Source: Atribacterota bacterium (GTDB lineage Bacteria > Atribacterota > Phoenicimicrobiia > Phoenicimicrobiales > Phoenicimicrobiaceae). From it: 12,370 bases of DNA. The notes under the pieces are model-generated. The model saw only the letters and a list, made by a program, of their open reading frames with translations. It did no database searches and was not told the origin of the DNA. Below are positions 7,453 through 12,370 of the stretch, in pieces (the stretch's first letter is position 1; each line of letters begins with the position of its first letter). The stretch is taken from contig JBBRDV010000040.1 in NCBI GenBank assembly GCA_038203565.1, positions 1 through 12,370 on the forward strand. Direction: 5' to 3'. The position numbers and the translations under genes were made by a program.

Positions 7453-8673
7453 GTGAAAAAAGTAATAATTATTGTCATGTTAATCAGTATTTTATTGCTT
7501 GGCTTAACCGGAATAGTGTCTGCTCAGGAAAATATAATAAAAATTGGGGTCGCAGTTTCTTTAACTGGTAAAATAGCTTATGAGGGAAGATTGGTTAAGG
7601 ATGGATATGAGGTATGGGAAGATTGGGTCAATAGTCATGGAGGTATCACTGCCGGAGGGATAAATTATAAAGTAAAGATGGTTTATTATGATGATGAAAG
7701 TACTCCAGTGAGAGGTGCAAAACTTACTGAAATGTTGATAACTCAGAATAAAGTAGATTTTCTATTTGGTCCATTCTCTAGTGCTATTACCTTTGCCACT
7801 ACTGCTATCGCAGAAAAATACAATATAATTACTATAGCTCCGGAAGCAAATGCTACTAACGTGTATGAAAGAGGATATAAAAACGTATTTTCCATTCTTC
7901 CGCCAGCTCCAATGTTAATGGTACCTATTGCTTATATGGCAGAAAATTTAATCCCCAAACCAAAAACAGTAGCTATTATTGCAGCCAATGATCTGTTCCC
8001 ATTAAGCTGTGCTGAGGGAGCTAGAGATAAATTTGCAGAATTGGGATTTGACGTCGTTCTTTTTGAAAAATACCCTGCGGGTGCGACCGATCTATCTGCT
8101 TTACTTACCAAAGTTAAAAATTTGAATCCTGATATTTTAATAGATGCTGGTTATACAGCAGATAGCTTGATGGTCATTAGGCAATGTAAGGAATTAAATA
8201 TTAATCCGAAAATTTATGCTTTCGCAGTAGGAGTAATGATTCCCAGTTTTGTACAAGAATTGGGTGCTGATGCTGAATATGTTTTTGAAGGTGAATGGTG
8301 GCTTCCGGGTATGAAGCTTAGTGATAAAGTATTCGGAACTACCGCAGATTACGTACAAGCATGTAAGGATAAATTTGGAAAAGATTATATGCCAGAATAC
8401 CATGTATCCAGTGCCAGTGCTGCAGGAACCTTACTGCAATTAGCTATAGAGAAAGCAGATTCTATAGAAACCGATAAAGTGCGAGAAGCTCTTTCAAGTT
8501 TAGATGTAGAGTTAACCACTTGGCCGGCAATTGCCTTTAATGAAAAAGGACAAAATATTAAATGGCCGCATCCTATAATACAAGTCCAGAATGGTAAGTA
8601 TGTCATTGTATATCCTGAATCTTCTCAGGAAAATGCTCCAATTTATCCAGCTCCGGAATGGAAGGATAGATAA
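7453..8673 (+). CDS. HAAT ABC transporter substrate-binding protein (LivJ/K-like type I periplasmic binding fold)
   Basis: Signal peptide MKKVIIIVMLISILLLGLTGIVSA|QE with no lipobox Cys; IKIGVAVSLTG, N..GGI, YYDDES, VDFLFGPFSS. GTG 7453 is preferred because GGAGG at 7440-7444 precedes it and overlaps the ORF-track ATG at 7438. Confidence 0.9.
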   Translation: MKKVIIIVMLISILLLGLTGIVSAQENIIKIGVAVSLTGKIAYEGRLVKDGYEVWEDWVNSHGGITAGGINYKVKMVYYDDESTPVRGAKLTEMLITQNKVDFLFGPFSSAITFATTAIAEKYNIITIAPEANATNVYERGYKNVFSILPPAPMLMVPIAYMAENLIPKPKTVAIIAANDLFPLSCAEGARDKFAELGFDVVLFEKYPAGATDLSALLTKVKNLNPDILIDAGYTADSLMVIRQCKELNINPKIYAFAVGVMIPSFVQELGADAEYVFEGEWWLPGMKLSDKVFGTTADYVQACKDKFGKDYMPEYHVSSASAAGTLLQLAIEKADSIETDKVREALSSLDVELTTWPAIAFNEKGQNIKWPHPIIQVQNGKYVIVYPESSQENAPIYPAPEWKDR

Positions 8674-8684
8674 TATACAATCAT

Positions 8685-8728
8685 GTGAAATAGGGGTTGT
8701 AATAAATTTACAACCCCTATTTCACTTT
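8685..8728 (+). terminator. Perfect 18-bp inverted repeat; intrinsic terminator or mRNA-stabilising stem-loop
   Basis: GTGAAATAGGGGTTGTAA (8685-8702), loop TAAAT, TTACAACCCCTATTTCAC (8708-8725), then TTT; 11 nt after the binding-protein stop. Confidence 0.75.
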
Positions 8729-8835
8729 AAAAAATATCAACGGATATGAAGATGATATATGGAATTATAATTTATTATTAGCAATATTAATATTATAATA
8801 TATTAAGCTGTTATTTTATTATAAAAGGGAATATT

Positions 8836-9090
8836 ATGAAGATTATTAGGAATGATAATTTATGTTACGCCTGCAAAACCTGTCAATTAATCTGTTCCTT
8901 TCACCATACTAATACCTTCTGGCCTGAACGAAGCAGTATCATCGTTTCTCGCAATCCTCAAGATGGCACCATAAAATGGTTCAAGAATGCTTCCTGTGAT
9001 CAATGTATCAATGAAAAAGAGCCTTTATGCGTCAAATACTGTATTTATGGAGCACTTCAATTAGTAAAAGAGGTAAAAGAATATGATTGA
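8836..9090 (+). CDS. Small 2[4Fe-4S] ferredoxin-like protein, probable electron-transfer partner of the AOR-family enzyme
   Basis: CYACKTCQLIC (CxxCxxCxxxC) and CDQC-x7-CVKYC..GAL; 84 aa; the stop overlaps the start of the next gene. Confidence 0.85.
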   Translation: MKIIRNDNLCYACKTCQLICSFHHTNTFWPERSSIIVSRNPQDGTIKWFKNASCDQCINEKEPLCVKYCIYGALQLVKEVKEYD

Positions 9091-11014
9091 AAGAAGAGAT
9101 ATCAAAGGTTGTCTTGCGGGTAAAATTTTACGGGTAGATTTATCCAATAAAAAGATATGGGCTGAAGATACGGAAAAATACGCAAAGAAAACATTGGGTG
9201 GCAGAGGGATTAATTCTCTTATTATGATCAATGAGATAGCTCCACAGGTAAAATGGTATGATCCGGAAAATCTTCTTTGTTTTGGGGTAGGGTCTCTTGT
9301 GGGTACAATGGCTCCCGGTGCCTGCAGAGTAGATGTTTCTACTATAAATGTATTTAGCGGGGGGAAAGGTTCAGCTAATGTGGGAGGTTTCTGGGGGGCA
9401 GAATTAAAATATGCTGGATACGATAATATAATTATTATCGGTAAATCGGAAAAAGCAGTTTATTTATATATAAATGACAACCATATTGAGATTAGAGAAG
9501 CTAATTTTATATGGGGTAAAACTATTTTTGAAACAGAAAAAATATTACAGCAAAAACTTGGAGATAATGACATAAAAATTGCCTCCATCGGACCAGCGGG
9601 AGAAAATCGGGTTAGAGGTTCAGCAATAATTATAGATACCGCGAGAGCTGCTGGCGGTTCAGGAGTAGGTTGTGTCATGGGAGATAAAAGACTTAAAGCT
9701 ATTGTAGTTAGAGGACATGGAAAAATTGAAGTTGCTGAACCAGAAAGATTTATGAAAGCAGTAGAGAAATGCTATCGGCAGTGCAAGAATGAGCCTAATA
9801 CAAAAATGATGCATAAAGCCCCATTGAATCTTTATTCCGATCCTGAATGGGAAGGATGGAATACGAATATTGTGGTTAAAAATGGACAAGATGATCAATG
9901 GGAGAAGGTAAATAGAATCAGATTAATGAATTTTAAAACAGGTGTCCCTAACCTGCAAAAAGGAGTACGTGCCTGTTATTCTTGTCCTACGGGATGCATG
10001 CCATATATGGAAATAAATAAAGGAAAATATAAAGGTAATAAAGGTGAGGGTTTTTGGATTAATACCATTATGGGGCATGCCTGCCGCTTTAATATTTCAG
10101 ATCCTGAATCTGTGGTAGAGTCCTGGTTGCTTACCAATGAGCTAGGATTAGATGGTGATTATGTGGCCGCTGGATTATCCTGGATTTTTGAATTATATGA
10201 AAAAGGAATGATTAATCAGAAAGATACCGATGGTTTAGAATTAACCTGGGGCAATGGTGATGCCTTAAATAAACTAATTAAAAAGCTTGCTTACCGAGAA
10301 GGGTTTGGGGATTTTTTGGCTGATGGCATGGCAGAAGTGGCGAAAAAAATCGGTCAGAATTCAGAATATTATCTTATTCAAGTAAAAGGACAGCCTTCAA
10401 TTGAGCCTTTTCGTATTCCCAAGGGCTGGGCGTTGGCTGTATCTACCTCACCCGTAGCGGGGAGGCATTTAAGAGGGGCAACTATGGGAAGCAATAAATA
10501 TGGTCCTAAACCGAGACCGGGTAATTTTGGTGTAACTGATTACCAAAATCAGGCCAAGGGTGTGGTATGGCAGGGGAAGACTAAAGAATTAGAAGATAAC
10601 CTGGGCATCTGTAATTATGTAGGGACCTGGTCTGGAGCCAATTTTCTTACCATAGCAGATTTTACAGAGCTTATTAACGCTGGAATGGGTCTTGATTTGA
10701 CTGAAGAAGACTTGATGAACCATTATGCAGTTATAGGCAGAAATCTTGAAAAAGCATTTAATACCTTGCACACTGGTATGTCTCGCAAAGATGATCTTCC
10801 TCCGAAGAGATTTCAAGAGGAGGAAGTAAAATCCGGACCTTATAAAGGTTATAAAATAGAGGAAAATAAATACAATAAAATGCTTGATGAATTTTATGAG
10901 CTTTGGGGATGGGATAAAAAAACCGGGATGCAGACCAGGACAGGTTTAGAAAATCTCGGATTAATAGATATTGCGGAAAAGATAGAAAAACAGGGTAAGT
11001 TAATCGATAAATAA
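9083..11014 (+). CDS. aor: Aldehyde:ferredoxin oxidoreductase family (tungstopterin, AOR/WOR) protein, divergent active site
   Basis: GKILRVDLS, LGGRG, GG.WGAELKYAGYD, SIGPAGEN, VMG.K.LKAI, CYSCPTGC plus LGIC ([4Fe-4S]), ELGLD, REGFGDFLADG, DDLPPKRF and EFYELWGWD; 643 aa. Confidence 0.92.
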   Translation: MIERRDIKGCLAGKILRVDLSNKKIWAEDTEKYAKKTLGGRGINSLIMINEIAPQVKWYDPENLLCFGVGSLVGTMAPGACRVDVSTINVFSGGKGSANVGGFWGAELKYAGYDNIIIIGKSEKAVYLYINDNHIEIREANFIWGKTIFETEKILQQKLGDNDIKIASIGPAGENRVRGSAIIIDTARAAGGSGVGCVMGDKRLKAIVVRGHGKIEVAEPERFMKAVEKCYRQCKNEPNTKMMHKAPLNLYSDPEWEGWNTNIVVKNGQDDQWEKVNRIRLMNFKTGVPNLQKGVRACYSCPTGCMPYMEINKGKYKGNKGEGFWINTIMGHACRFNISDPESVVESWLLTNELGLDGDYVAAGLSWIFELYEKGMINQKDTDGLELTWGNGDALNKLIKKLAYREGFGDFLADGMAEVAKKIGQNSEYYLIQVKGQPSIEPFRIPKGWALAVSTSPVAGRHLRGATMGSNKYGPKPRPGNFGVTDYQNQAKGVVWQGKTKELEDNLGICNYVGTWSGANFLTIADFTELINAGMGLDLTEEDLMNHYAVIGRNLEKAFNTLHTGMSRKDDLPPKRFQEEEVKSGPYKGYKIEENKYNKMLDEFYELWGWDKKTGMQTRTGLENLGLIDIAEKIEKQGKLIDK

Positions 11015-11046
11015 TTAATAGTATATTTCTTCACAGGAGGTTTATT

Positions 11047-11718
11047 TTGAAAATATTGTGTATAAATCCTAATAGCTCATCTGAGGTAACCGAGGGTATT
11101 GAAAAAATTTGCAAAGAGTACGCTTTGCCAGGTACAGAAGTAGAAATTAAATTAATTAAAGAAGCTCCTTCAGGCATAGAAAGTTATCACGATGCAGCCA
11201 TTTCTGAAAAATATTTATTAGAAAGATTTAAAGGATGGAAAGAGAAGTATGATGGGTTTATTATTGCCTGCCATAGTGATATAGGAGTGGACTTGCTTAG
11301 AGAATTAACTGATAAACCAGTAATAGGTATCGGAGAAGCTTCCATGCTTTTTGCTTTGCCTTTGGGGCATAAATTTAGTATACTTTCTTTAAAAAGAAAA
11401 AAAATTCCTCAAAAGGAAGATTTAGTAAAAAAATATGGTCTTGAGAATAGGTGTGCATCTATTCGAGCTACCGGATTGGGAGTAGTTGCTCATTATAAAG
11501 AGAAAAGAGAAAAGCTTATTCAAGAAGGAGAAAAGGCAGTAAAAGAGGATAGAGCAGAAGTTCTTATTCTGGGGTGCGCAGGGATGGCTGGACTTGATAA
11601 AGAAATTGAAAAAATAGTCGGTGTTCCGGTGATTGATGGAGTAGTTAGTGCATTGATGTTAATGGAATCACTTATTAGATACGGAGCATCAACAAGCAAA
11701 GTGGGTAAATATTTATAA
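11047..11718 (+). CDS. Asp/Glu/hydantoin racemase family protein (allantoin/hydantoin racemase-like)
   Basis: INPNSS, IIACHSD (Cys75), LRE...PVIGIGEA, LGCAGM (Cys177) and VPVIDGV, the two-cysteine racemase pattern; TTG start with RBS AGGAGG at 11035-11040. Confidence 0.9.
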   Translation: MKILCINPNSSSEVTEGIEKICKEYALPGTEVEIKLIKEAPSGIESYHDAAISEKYLLERFKGWKEKYDGFIIACHSDIGVDLLRELTDKPVIGIGEASMLFALPLGHKFSILSLKRKKIPQKEDLVKKYGLENRCASIRATGLGVVAHYKEKREKLIQEGEKAVKEDRAEVLILGCAGMAGLDKEIEKIVGVPVIDGVVSALMLMESLIRYGASTSKVGKYL

Positions 11719-11868
11719 TAAACTTAATTATTTTACTTAAATTTCAAATAAAAATATTTCATACTTGATATTATCCTAATATTTATGTTTTTTATCGTGT
11801 AATATATTGTTAATTAGAATAGAATCTATTAGCAAGAGATTAGGAAAAAACCACCCGGAGGATAAGTT

Positions 11869-12370
11869 ATGAAAAATTTTGATCTTGTAATTAAATCAGA
11901 CAAGATATTTATAGATGGCAGACTGACGGATTGTTGTATTGGGGTAAAGGATGGAATAATTTCCACCATAAGCAAAGAAAAACTAACCGCAGAAAAAGTC
12001 ATTGATGCACAAGGTAAAATTGTTTTACCAGGCACAATAGATCCCCATGTGCATATTCGAGCTCCTGGACATGATGAAAGAGAGACTTTTGAAAGCGGCA
12101 CAAAAGATGCTGCTTTAGGCGGGGTTACTACAGTAATTGAAATGCCCATTTCTACTCCTCCACCCCATTCTCCGGAAATAGTAGAAAGAAGAATGAATGT
12201 AGCTAAAAAGGAGGCGGTAGTCGATATTGCATTTTTTGGTGCGGCAGGAACGGACTGTCTGGAGGATATTATTCCTTGTGCTAAATCTGGTATTGTTGCT
12301 TTTAAAACCTTTTTGCATGAGGCTCCTCCGGGAAGAAAAGAGGAGTTTATCGGGCTTACTGCACCAAATA
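11869..12370 (+). CDS. Dihydroorotase/allantoinase-family cyclic amidohydrolase, 5' part (runs off the window; absent from the ORF track)
   Basis: RBS GGAGG at 11857-11861 and ATG 11869, open to the end of the window. Manual translation: MKNFDLVIKSDKIFIDG...VIDAQGKIVLPGTIDPHVHIRAPGHDERETFESGTKDAALGGVTTVIEMP...GIVAFKTFLHE. Confidence 0.92.
   Translation, partial: MKNFDLVIKSDKIFIDGRLTDCCIGVKDGIISTISKEKLTAEKVIDAQGKIVLPGTIDPHVHIRAPGHDERETFESGTKDAALGGVTTVIEMPISTPPPHSPEIVERRMNVAKKEAVVDIAFFGAAGTDCLEDIIPCAKSGIVAFKTFLHEAPPGRKEEFIGLTAPN

Noticed and set aside
8730..8835. ModE/tungstate-responsive box before the WOR; AT palindrome AATATTAATATT (8783-8794)
   Set aside because: No convincing match to a known box, and pure A/T palindromes are expected by chance in this spacer.
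87..10816. Other short minus-strand ORFs (63-79 aa) in the ORF track
   Set aside because: All overlap confident + strand genes and lack motifs.
11829..12318. Minus-strand ORFs 11829-12149 and 12115-12318
   Set aside because: Antisense shadows of the + strand amidohydrolase, which has a strong RBS and clear family motifs.
1..12370. CRISPR array, tRNA/rRNA, IS elements, frameshifted pseudogenes, selenocysteine read-through
   Set aside because: No repeat-spacer arrays, RNA gene signatures or transposase motifs seen; the ORFs are of normal family length apart from the short Fe-S protein discussed in the findings.

Overview
AT-rich bacterial window carrying one co-oriented (+ strand) metabolic gene cluster. 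In order: the 3' tail of a probable IclR-family regulator, carbamate kinase, aspartate carbamoyltransferase (pyrB, no pyrI), family 1B dihydroorotate dehydrogenase (pyrK+pyrD), a five-gene HAAT/Liv-type ABC importer ending in a perfect 18-bp hairpin, a small 2[4Fe-4S] protein, a divergent tungsten aldehyde:ferredoxin oxidoreductase (AOR/WOR)-family enzyme, an Asp/Glu/hydantoin racemase, and the 5' part of a dihydroorotase/allantoinase-family amidohydrolase that the ORF track missed. The upper pyrimidine-pathway genes occur without carAB, pyrI, pyrE, pyrF or pyrR in the window, and with an importer, racemase and carbamate kinase. The best hypothesis (inference) is an anaerobic catabolic pathway that runs pyrimidine biosynthesis backwards: orotate/dihydroorotate/hydantoin-5-acetate -> N-carbamoyl-aspartate -> aspartate + carbamoyl phosphate -> ATP. 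The WOR and PyrK both show altered active-site motifs. All motif comparisons are from recalled family consensus, not computed alignments.
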